Part shown: one piece after another, positions 1-7,405 of the stretch | How the letters are laid out: the number at the start of each line of letters is the position of its first letter | Position numbering within the stretch: position 1 is the stretch's first letter | NCBI GenBank assembly: GCA_945874585.1 | Contig: CAMCHB010000020.1 | Coordinates: 1-15,156 of the forward strand | Direction: 5' to 3' | Source of the DNA: an uncultured Clostridium sp. | GTDB lineage: Bacteria > Bacillota > Clostridia > TANB77 > CAG-508 | DNA length: 15,156 nt | The notes under the pieces: model-generated | Seen by the model: the letters and a program-made list of their open reading frames with translations, nothing else | The model's database searches: none | What the model was told of the DNA's origin: nothing | Position numbers and translations under genes: made by a program

Positions 1-133
1 CCGAAAAGAAAAACGATGAAAATACCACACTCTTAATAAAAAACACACAAAAGATGAAAAAACAATATGACAAACGGTTGGTGGATTATATTTACCAACT
101 GTTTGTGATATTTGTTAAAAACCATGCTAAAGG

Positions 134-1081
134 ATGGAGAATATGAGCAAAGAATTTCAACATATTCCAGTACTTTTAAAAGAAACCATAGAGGGATTAA
201 ACATTCATGAAAATGGTATTTATGTGGATGGAACTTTAGGGGGAGCTGGACATAGCATCGAAATATTAAAAAAGCTAAATCATACCGGTACCTTGATTGG
301 GATTGACCGTGATGAAGAGGCTTTACAAGCTGCTAAAAAAAGATTAGCAGATTATGAAAATGTCATTTATGTAAAAGGTAATCACGATGAAATGGATACG
401 ATTTTGGATCATCTACAAATTGACCAAGTAGATGGTATCTTATTGGATCTTGGCATTTCTTCTTATCAAATCGATGAAAAATCAAGAGGATTTAGCTATC
501 TAGGTGAGGCTAAATTGGATATGCGTATGGATCAAACACAAGTCTTATCAGCAAGGGATGTTGTGAATGATTATACAGAAGAGCAATTGATTGATATTTT
601 GCGTCGTTATGGAGAAGAAAAGTTTGCCAAATCGATCGCACGTCATATTTGTGCTTATCGCAAACAACAACCAATTGAAACAACCAAAGAATTGGTTGAT
701 ATTATTGAAAGATCTGTACCAGCTTATGTCCGCAATAAAGAAGGACATCCTGCTAAGAAAACCTTTCAAGCGATTCGTATAGCTGTTAATAATGAATTAG
801 ATCCATTGTATCAAACCATTATTTCCTGTATTCACCATTTAAAAAGCGGTGGTAGATTGTGTGTGATCACATTTCATTCATTGGAAGATCGAATGGTGAA
901 ACAAGCTTATCAAAATTGCTTAGGAAAATGTACTTGTCCAAGTGATTTACCGTATTGCGTTTGTCACAAAGAAAAGTTAGGAAATCTTGTGAATAGAAAA
1001 CCAATTATACCAAGCCAAAAAGAATTGAATCAAAATATAAGAAGCAAAAGTGCTAAATTAAGAATTTTTGAGAAAATATAA
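134..1081 (+). CDS. rsmH: 16S rRNA (cytosine1402-N4)-methyltransferase RsmH (MraW)
   Basis: 315-aa ORF. N-terminal HIPVLLKE...DGTLGGAGHS SAM-binding motif and C-terminal RSKSAKLRIFEK are typical of RsmH. First gene of a dcw cluster. The ATG at 143 (MSKEF...) is an alternative start with better spacing from AAAGGA. Confidence 0.95.
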   Translation: MENMSKEFQHIPVLLKETIEGLNIHENGIYVDGTLGGAGHSIEILKKLNHTGTLIGIDRDEEALQAAKKRLADYENVIYVKGNHDEMDTILDHLQIDQVDGILLDLGISSYQIDEKSRGFSYLGEAKLDMRMDQTQVLSARDVVNDYTEEQLIDILRRYGEEKFAKSIARHICAYRKQQPIETTKELVDIIERSVPAYVRNKEGHPAKKTFQAIRIAVNNELDPLYQTIISCIHHLKSGGRLCVITFHSLEDRMVKQAYQNCLGKCTCPSDLPYCVCHKEKLGNLVNRKPIIPSQKELNQNIRSKSAKLRIFEKI

Positions 1082-1098
1082 AGAAGGGAGGATTTGAA

Positions 1099-1617
1099 AT
1101 GGCAAATTATAAAAATAGTTATCAATATGAAACAAGCCCAAGGAAATTACAGCCAGAGTATAATCCACCTCAAAAGGAAAAATTAAAGAAGCAAAACAAA
1201 AAGCAGATTGCTGATTATCAAGTGAAAAAACAGAAGAAAAAGATGCAGAAAAAGAAAAAAGTAAAATGCGTATTGGGAATTGCAGTTGTTTTTGCTGTTT
1301 TGTTTGCGTTTTCTTATCGTAATGCACAAATTAGTGAAAGTTATACCAAATTAAAAAATCAAGAAAAAGAATTGAGTATGCTTCAAAAGGAAAATAATCA
1401 GTTAAAAGTTGCTATTGAAAATAATTTAAATCTTGGTGATTTAGAGCAAAAAGCCAAAGAACAGTTGGGTATGCAAAAAGCAACTACGAAACAAACACGA
1501 TATGTAAATTTACCTAAAAAAGATTATGTAGAAGTTGCATCTGAGCAAATAAATTTAAATAATAACGAAAATATACTAGAAAGAGTTTATCAATTCGTTA
1601 CCAATCAAAAACAATAA
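1099..1617 (+). CDS. ftsL: Cell division protein FtsL / septum formation initiator-like
   Basis: 172-aa ORF between rsmH and the PBP gene. Lys-rich N-terminus, a single TM segment (CVLGIAVVFAVLFAF), a coiled-coil and an ...EQKAKEQLGMQKA motif. GGGAGGA RBS at 1086-1092. Confidence 0.8.
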   Translation: MANYKNSYQYETSPRKLQPEYNPPQKEKLKKQNKKQIADYQVKKQKKKMQKKKKVKCVLGIAVVFAVLFAFSYRNAQISESYTKLKNQEKELSMLQKENNQLKVAIENNLNLGDLEQKAKEQLGMQKATTKQTRYVNLPKKDYVEVASEQINLNNNENILERVYQFVTNQKQ

Positions 1618-1654
1618 GAAAGAGTAAAATGTGAATTTTATTCTTTCTTTTTTT
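1616..1654 (+). terminator. Intrinsic terminator 1 downstream of ftsL
   Basis: Arms aagaaagagtaaaat (1616-1630) and attttattctttctt (1635-1649) pair with one G:U around loop gtga. The T-run extends to 1654. Confidence 0.7.
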
Positions 1655-1687
1655 GCCTCCAAAGAGTTCTTTTTGGGGGCTTTTTTT
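1655..1687 (+). terminator. Intrinsic terminator 2, tandem, immediately upstream of the PBP gene
   Basis: gcctccaaa (1655-1663) pairs with tttgggggc (1672-1680): 9 bp, GC-rich, one G:U. Followed by T7 at 1681-1687. Confidence 0.75.
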
Positions 1688-1716
1688 CATATAGATAGGT
1701 GATGGAGGAGAAGATT

Positions 1717-3706
1717 ATGGAGCATGTCACCATTAAAATGAAAAAGCGACTGCGTAATGGTTTATTTTTGGTTATGGGACTGACGTGTTGCTTTATCCTA
1801 CGTATAGGATTTATTCAATTGGTACAAGGGAAATCTTTACAGCAGGGAGCTTATGAACAGCAGACTTTGGATCGTAGTGTTAATGCCAAAAGAGGAACTA
1901 TTTACGATGCTACTGGAAAGAATATTTTAGCTATCAGTGCTTCTGTAGAAAGCATTACGGTTAATCCCATTCATATTCCTGCTGATAAAAAAGAAGCGTT
2001 AGCTAGATTTTTAGCAGATACTTATCAACTGGATTATGAAAAAACGTTAAAAAAAATAAATAAGAGAAGTTCCATTGAAACTATTGCCAAGAAAGTTGAA
2101 AAAGAAGATGCCAATCGATTGAGAAAATGGATGCAAGATAATCAGATTACAGAAGGTATCCATATTGATGAAGATACAAAACGATATTATCCAAACCAAG
2201 AAATGGCGAGCCAATTGATTGGTTTTTGTGGAAGTGATAACCAAGGGTTAAATGGAATTGAAGCAAAATTTGATCGAATGCTAATTGGAAAGAAAGGCAA
2301 AATTTTAAGACAAACCGATGCACGTGGAGGAGAAATTGAGGGAACTTCTGAAATGTATGTGCCTTCTCAAAATGGAAGTGATTTGATTTTATCGGTTGAT
2401 GCTACCATACAGGCTATTGCAGAAAAATATTTGAAAGAAGCTTGTATTGATAATGTCTGCACAGGTGGTGGTAATATTGTTATGATGAATCCTAAAACAG
2501 GTGATGTATTGGCAATGGCAACCTATCCTAATTATAATTTGAATGAGCCATATGAACCAAATACAGAAGAGTTAAAACAAAATTGGGATCATTTATCAGG
2601 AGAAGAGAAGAATATTGCCCTGCAACAAATGTGGCGTAACAAAGCCATTGCAGATAGCTATGAACCGGGTTCTACATTTAAACTTGTAACAGCATCTGCA
2701 GCACTCGAAGAGAATTTAACAACACCAGATAAAGCCGGTGAATTTCATTGTACGGGCTCTATTGAAGTGGCAGGCGTTCGCATGAAATGTTGGCGTTATT
2801 ATCGACCACATGGTGCTGAAAGTTTACGAGAAGCACTTATGAATTCATGTAATCCGGTTTTTATTGGTTTAGGTGAAAAACTAGGAAAAGACAAATATTA
2901 TGAATATTTAGAAAAATTTCGGTTTGCTTCAAAAAACAGGAATTGATTTACCGGGGGAGGCAGGAAGTATTTTCTTGGATAAAGCAAAAGTAGGACCGGT
3001 GGAACTAGGAACCATAGCATTTGGACAGCGTTTTAAAATTACTCCTATTCAATTGATTACAGCTGTTAGTAGTATTGCCAATCATGGTATTTTGAATCAA
3101 CCTAGATTGGTCAAAAAGAGCATTGATACAGAAACAGGAGCAGTTGAAGAATATCCGGTTAAAGAAAAAGGGCGTGTGATTTCCGAGAAAACAGCACAAG
3201 AGGTTTTAAGCATGATGGAGTCAGTGGTTGCAAAAGGAACTGGTAAAAATGCGCAGGTAAAAGGCTATTCAGTTGGAGGAAAAACAGGAACATCAGAAGA
3301 TGGGGTTCATACCAACAAATATGTAACTTCTTTTATTGGAGTGGCACCCATATCAGATCCAGAGGTTGTGATCCTTATTACTTTATACAATCCAACAGGA
3401 GAAGGAGGACACCAAGGAGGTGGAATTGCAGCACCAATTGCTTCGCAAGTACTAACCGATGTACTAGCTTATTTGGAGGTGAAAAAAGATCAGGAAGATA
3501 TGCCAATGGAAAATGTTAGTATTCCAGAGGTAAGAGAAATGAACGTGGAAGAAGCGGTAAAAACAATCAAAGAGCAAGGATTCGAAGTTCGCTTTTCAAT
3601 GGACGAAAAAGCAATCAAACCAAAAGAAATGAAAGTTATGCAACAGTTTCCTTTGCCTGGTATTCAGGTGATGAAAGGAAGTACCATTGAATTAGAAGTG
3701 GAGTAA
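1717..3706 (+). CDS. Class B penicillin-binding protein (FtsI/PBP2B/SpoVD type, one C-terminal PASTA domain); an intact product requires a +1 shift at 2920
   Basis: Track ORFs 1699..2946 and 2924..3706 are two halves of one PBP. The SxxK (STFK) and SxN (SCN) motifs lie in the first ORF. KTG (GKTGTS) and the PASTA-like tail lie in the second. Joining at 2920 gives YLEKF-GLLQKTGIDLPGE, the usual FGFGxKTGIDLPGE region. Start chosen at ATG 1717, 6 nt after GGAGGAG (1704-1710); GTG 1699 and ATG 1702 are also open. Confidence 0.9.
2917..2923 (+). other. Frame-break site 1: TTT CGG T (0-frame CGG at 2920-2922; the +1 frame continues with GGT)
   Basis: 0 frame reads gaa aaa ttt cgg ttt gct ... tga (stop 2944-2946). 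The +1 frame from 2921 reads ggt ttg ctt caa aaa aca gga att gat, i.e. GLLQKTGID. Confidence 0.85.
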
Positions 3707-3738
3707 AAAATTTCCCTCATAAGGGAAATTTTTTTTAT
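3707..3738 (+). terminator. Intrinsic terminator after the PBP gene
   Basis: aaaatttccct (3707-3717), loop cata, agggaaatttt (3722-3732): a perfect 11-bp stem. The T-run extends to 3738. Confidence 0.85.
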
Positions 3739-3746
3739 TTGTTCTA

Positions 3747-3775
3747 CTGAAAAAACAGGAAATGTATGATACAAT
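3747..3775 (+). promoter_or_regulatory. Putative extended -10 promoter for the nuclease gene
   Basis: TGaTACAAT at 3767-3775, with a weak -35-like cTGAaA at 3747-3752 (17-nt spacer). It overlaps the track's ATG at 3766, which argues for the downstream start at 3796. Confidence 0.4.
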
Positions 3776-3795
3776 GGGGGGCGAGGTTGATAAAA

Positions 3796-4542
3796 ATGAG
3801 AAAAAGCAAAAGAAGAGGAAAAAGTTTACAGGAACAAATGATAACAATTGCCATTTTGATAATCCTAGCAATAGCAGGCTATGTTTATCAAAATATGGTA
3901 CAACCAAGCCAACCAAAACAAGTAGCTCAAGTCCAAAACAGTACAGCTGTGACAGTAGAAAATTTACCGACATATGATGGCAGACAGTTATCCATTCCAT
4001 TACAAGATAACCAGCCTAATTTTACAGATGAAGACAAGCAATTAGGTGCGTTTGAAACCTATAGTCCATTGGATTCACTTGGTAGATGTGGAGTAGCCTA
4101 TGCGAACATTTGCCAAGAGACTATGCCAAAAAGTGGAGAAAAAAGAGGCGATATTAGTTCCATTCGCCCAAGCGGATGGAAACAGGCCAAATACGATGGA
4201 GAATTTTTATATAATCGTTGTCATCTCATTGGTTATCAGTTAGCAGCTGAAAATGCCAATGAAAAAAATCTGATAACAGGCACGAGATACTTTAATGTGG
4301 AAGGTATGTTACCTTATGAAAATCAGGTAGCAGAATATATTCAAAAAAATCCGAGCCATCATGTTTTGTACCGTGTGACACCAATTTTTGAGGAAGACGA
4401 TTTAGTGGCAAAAGGAGTGGAAATGGAAGCATATTCACAAGAAGATCAAGGGGCAGGAGTCTGTTTCCATGTATTTGTTTACAATGTGCAACCAGGTATT
4501 ACCATCGATTATCATAAGGGAAAAAGTGAGGCTCAAAAGTGA
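3796..4542 (+). CDS. Membrane-anchored DNA/RNA non-specific endonuclease (EndA-like 'DNA-entry nuclease' family)
   Basis: Basic N-terminus plus a TM anchor (MITIAILIILAIAGYVY). The C-terminal region (NRCHLIGYQLAAENANEKNLITGTRYFNVEGMLPYENQVAEY...VLYRVTPIF...FHVFVYNVQPGITIDYHKG) matches my memory of the S. pneumoniae EndA-type nuclease core. Start at ATG 3796, with GAGG 9 nt upstream. Confidence 0.85.
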   Translation: MRKSKRRGKSLQEQMITIAILIILAIAGYVYQNMVQPSQPKQVAQVQNSTAVTVENLPTYDGRQLSIPLQDNQPNFTDEDKQLGAFETYSPLDSLGRCGVAYANICQETMPKSGEKRGDISSIRPSGWKQAKYDGEFLYNRCHLIGYQLAAENANEKNLITGTRYFNVEGMLPYENQVAEYIQKNPSHHVLYRVTPIFEEDDLVAKGVEMEAYSQEDQGAGVCFHVFVYNVQPGITIDYHKGKSEAQK

Positions 4543-5132
4543 AAGGAGAATCCGATCAATTGAAATTGGATTTATGGAATGAAGTGAAAGATTTTGCCAA
4601 GGAAAATCATTTATTAGAAAATTTTTTAGAGGAATTAACACAACAGTTAAGCCAACCAAAATCGAAAGAAAAAGGAGAAAAAAGTGAAATGAAATCAATC
4701 GAAAACTTGCCAGATGGAATTTATCAGGTAGTGGATTTTAGTGCAAACGGTGTATATTTACAAGATACGAAAACCAACACGGTTTGGGAGACAAAGATTT
4801 CATCAGAGATAGAAGAGCAAATCGAAAGCGATGCGATTCTACGCATTGAAGATGGACAGGCTTATTATGAGCCAGAAATGACAGAAGATTTTTTGGAGCA
4901 TTTGATTAGTGCAGGGGAATTACAAAAAATAAAAGAAGAATTTGCACAGAAAAGCGCTATTTTAGAAATACCAGAATCTACGATTTATCGAATTGAGGAA
5001 AGGAACCAAGAAAACACTATTTTAACCTATCAAGAAAATCAGAAATTAGAAGTGCCAAATGCACTAATTCCCTATTTTGCTGAAAACGGAGATCGTGTCA
5101 TTTATCAAGATGGAATGTTTCATCGTACTTAA
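4539..5132 (+). CDS. Hypothetical acidic cytoplasmic protein, translationally coupled to the nuclease gene (candidate nuclease partner or inhibitor)
   Basis: GTG 4539 overlaps the nuclease stop (GTGA, 4539-4542), with GAGG 8 nt upstream. By my count 42 D/E versus 20 K/R. No TM segment or signal peptide. Two internal repeats resemble the DUF3006 pattern. Alternative in-frame start at ATG 4689, after AGGAG at 4673-4677. Confidence 0.6.
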   Translation: MKGESDQLKLDLWNEVKDFAKENHLLENFLEELTQQLSQPKSKEKGEKSEMKSIENLPDGIYQVVDFSANGVYLQDTKTNTVWETKISSEIEEQIESDAILRIEDGQAYYEPEMTEDFLEHLISAGELQKIKEEFAQKSAILEIPESTIYRIEERNQENTILTYQENQKLEVPNALIPYFAENGDRVIYQDGMFHRT

Positions 5133-5143
5133 AAAGAACCAAT

Positions 5144-5177
5144 AAAAAAGAGGTGTTTATTCAAAACACCTCTTTTT
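5144..5177. terminator. Bidirectional intrinsic terminator between convergent genes
   Basis: aaaaaagaggtgttt (5144-5158), loop attca, aaacacctcttttt (5164-5177). A-run and T-run flanks allow termination in both directions. Confidence 0.85.
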
Positions 5178-5182
5178 ACTAG

Positions 5183-5695
5183 CTAATGCAAAGGCTTGGC
5201 TGGTAAAAAATCAAAATACCATGCAACAATGAAATTAGGAAAGTTGCTCTGATATTGGTTATAAAGCTGTACGGAATCAGTATAATTTTGCATACTGATG
5301 GCAACATGCGAGTTATAACTGTAAATCTTTGTGACGACAGCATCCATATGTGTCATATAAATACAAGAACTCATCAAAACTTTTATATCGGTAACAACTT
5401 GCTGATGAGCCTTATACAGAGCAGGTATGTCATCTTGCTTCATGGCAACATCCCGTAGATAGAGTTGCTTTTTTAAATCAACCAAGATTTCCGGATTGAT
5501 CCAAGGATCAGTTTCAATTAGTGGAATAAAGTGAGCTTGTAATAGCTGCTTGTGTTGCTGCAAATCAGAATAGAGTTCAATCTGACTCACCGTCACATCA
5601 TTCCGATAATCAGAAAGCTGACTGACGATCGATCCTGTAGCTAGGGCCGCTAAAATAATAAGTAAAGTACCAATCAATAATAGAATTTGTTTCAT
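5183..5695 (-). CDS. LemA-family-like membrane protein (divergent)
   Basis: 170-aa ORF with AAGGAGGT RBS (complement of 5703-5710) and an N-terminal TM helix. The C-terminus (NSHVAISMQNYTDSVQLYNQYQSNFPNFIVAWYFDF) resembles the LemA motif ENRIAxARxxYNxxVxxYNxxIxxFPxNLVAxxFGF. Its only two Arg residues are both CGG codons. Confidence 0.6.
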   Translation of the reverse strand: MKQILLLIGTLLIILAALATGSIVSQLSDYRNDVTVSQIELYSDLQQHKQLLQAHFIPLIETDPWINPEILVDLKKQLYLRDVAMKQDDIPALYKAHQQVVTDIKVLMSSCIYMTHMDAVVTKIYSYNSHVAISMQNYTDSVQLYNQYQSNFPNFIVAWYFDFLPAKPLH

Positions 5696-5746
5696 CGTGT
5701 AGACCTCCTTAGGTTAAAAAACATTATAAATTGGTAAAAACACTAC

Positions 5747-5755
5747 TTATTATAC
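5747..5755 (-). promoter_or_regulatory. Putative extended -10 (TGGTATAAT) for the LemA-like gene
   Basis: The reverse complement of 5747-5755 reads TGGTATAAT, about 50 nt upstream of the minus-strand ATG at 5695. No good -35. Confidence 0.4.
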
Positions 5756-5761
5756 CATATT

Positions 5762-5811
5762 TTGCAAAAAGAAGAAAGAACAGCTTTCATCAAAATGTTA
5801 TCTTTTTGCAA
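5762..5811. repeat. Perfect 11-bp inverted repeat in the divergent lemA-like/murE intergenic region
   Basis: TTGCAAAAAGA (5762-5772) and TCTTTTTGCAA (5801-5811) are exact reverse complements, separated by 28 nt. Confidence 0.7.
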
Positions 5812-5838
5812 TAAAAATGAAAAAAAAGTGATTAAGTC

Positions 5839-5867
5839 TATACAAATAAAAAAAATAATTATATAAT
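5839..5867 (+). promoter_or_regulatory. Putative sigma-A promoter for murE-mraY-ftsW
   Basis: TATACA (5839-5844), 17-nt spacer, TATAAT (5862-5867), about 37 nt upstream of the murE ATG. Confidence 0.45.
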
Positions 5868-5903
5868 GTAGCGAGATATCAAAACAGATTGGAGAGATTT
5901 TAA

Positions 5904-7394
5904 ATGGAACTAAAAAAAATATTAGCAGGCCTTACAGATTTAAAGGCTAAAGGCAATTTGAATTTAGACATTCAACATTTAGAAAGCGATTCCAGAAAAG
6001 TAACAGAAGGAACTTTGTTTGTAGCTGTTAAAGGATTTGAAAGCGATGGACACGAATACATTGGAGCAGCAATCCAAAAAGGAGCTATAGCTGTTATGGT
6101 AGAAGAAGGTTCAAAAATTGATAAAACACAATTGAAAGAAGATACCACGATTATTGTGGCTCCAAACACCAGACATGCATTAGCTATTATGGCATGTAAT
6201 TTTTATCAAAACCCTTCTCGTAAATTTAAATTGATTGGTATTACTGGTACAAAAGGAAAAACAACAACCTCTTTTATGATTAAGCATATTTTAGAAAAAG
6301 GCGGTTTAAAAGTTGGTTTAATTGGTACCATTGCAAAATATATTGGAAATACTTGCTTAGGGGAAAGTAGTAGAACAACACCAGATAGTCTAGAACTACA
6401 ACAATTATTTAGTCGTATGGCCGAAGAAAAAGTAGATGTAGTGGTCATGGAAGTTTCTTCTCAAAGTTTGAAATTAGAGCGTGTTACGGGATGTGACTTT
6501 GATATTGCTATTTTCACCAATTTCTTAAGAGATCATATTAGTCCAAAAGAGCATCCTACCATGGAAGATTATTTTAATTCAAAATTGAAGTTATTTTATA
6601 TGTGCAAAAAAGCTTATATCAATGCCGATGATTTTCATGTTTGCAAATTATTAAAAATGGATTTACCATGTGAAATCAAAACTTATGGAATTGACAATAT
6701 GAGCAATTTATTAGCCAAGGATATTACGGTGACAAATGCTTCTGTAGATTTTAAAGTAAAAATTGGTGATCGCAATGAAAGAGTAAAAGCATGTATTCCA
6801 GGAAGATTTAGTGTGTACAATGCACTAGCAGCTATTTCTGTTGCCAATGCATTTGGGATCAATGCGGAAACGATTAAAGAATCATTAGCAGAAGTGAGAG
6901 TACCAGGAAGAAGTGAATTGGTTGATAACAAAAGAAATTTAGTTATCATGATTGATTATGCACATACACCAGAAAGTTTGGAAAATATTTTACATGCTGT
7001 TAAAACTTACACCAAAGGTCATGTAATTTGTGTGTTTGGATGCGGAGGAGATCGTGATTCTAAAAAAAGACCACTTATGGGAGAAGTGGCTGGCCAAATT
7101 GCAGACTATTCTATTATTACGTCTGATAATCCAAGAACAGAGGATCCAAATGAAATTATAAAAGAAATCGAAACTGGTATGAAAAAGACAAATGGAAAAT
7201 ATATATGTATAGAAGATCGAAAAGAAGCCATTCAACATGCAATTGAAATGGCAACGAAGAAGGACTTAATCCTATTAGCGGGCAAAGGTCATGAACCATA
7301 TCAGGAAATCAATGGGGTAAAGCATCCTTTTGATGAAAGAGTGATTGTACGAAATATTATTGAAAAATTAGATAAAGACAAAAAGAATAAGTAG
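5904..7394 (+). CDS. murE: UDP-N-acetylmuramoyl-L-alanyl-D-glutamate--2,6-diaminopimelate ligase (MurE)
   Basis: 496-aa ORF with Mur ligase P-loop GITGTKGKTTT, and the DYAHTP and GCGGDRD motifs. The DNPR motif (7125-7136) is characteristic of meso-DAP-adding enzymes. GGAGAG RBS. Confidence 0.95.
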   Translation: MELKKILAGLTDLKAKGNLNLDIQHLESDSRKVTEGTLFVAVKGFESDGHEYIGAAIQKGAIAVMVEEGSKIDKTQLKEDTTIIVAPNTRHALAIMACNFYQNPSRKFKLIGITGTKGKTTTSFMIKHILEKGGLKVGLIGTIAKYIGNTCLGESSRTTPDSLELQQLFSRMAEEKVDVVVMEVSSQSLKLERVTGCDFDIAIFTNFLRDHISPKEHPTMEDYFNSKLKLFYMCKKAYINADDFHVCKLLKMDLPCEIKTYGIDNMSNLLAKDITVTNASVDFKVKIGDRNERVKACIPGRFSVYNALAAISVANAFGINAETIKESLAEVRVPGRSELVDNKRNLVIMIDYAHTPESLENILHAVKTYTKGHVICVFGCGGDRDSKKRPLMGEVAGQIADYSIITSDNPRTEDPNEIIKEIETGMKKTNGKYICIEDRKEAIQHAIEMATKKDLILLAGKGHEPYQEINGVKHPFDERVIVRNIIEKLDKDKKNK

Positions 7395-7405
7395 GGAGTG
7401 ATTTT

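Noticed and set aside
71-105. Hairpin caaacggttggt / accaactgtttg upstream of rsmH, as a terminator or MraZ-related operator.
   Set aside because: 12-bp stem with one G:U and an 11-nt loop, but no proper T-tract follows. No upstream gene is visible to assign it to, and no MraZ-box-like GTG repeats are present. Function is indeterminate from this window.
1-133. Possible 3' end of an upstream gene (mraZ?) at the window start.
   Set aside because: None of the three forward frames gives an MraZ-like C-terminus. Frame 1 stops at 34-36. Frame 3 stays open through the hairpin but looks non-coding.
2912-2919. Homopolymer indel or transcriptional slippage (A5 then T3) as the general explanation for the frameshifts.
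   Set aside because: It is possible for site 1 only. Sites 2 (ttactacggtgg) and 3 (ggattacggaca) are not in homopolymers, yet share the same X-CGG-N configuration. A common codon-linked explanation is therefore more parsimonious. It remains an alternative for site 1.
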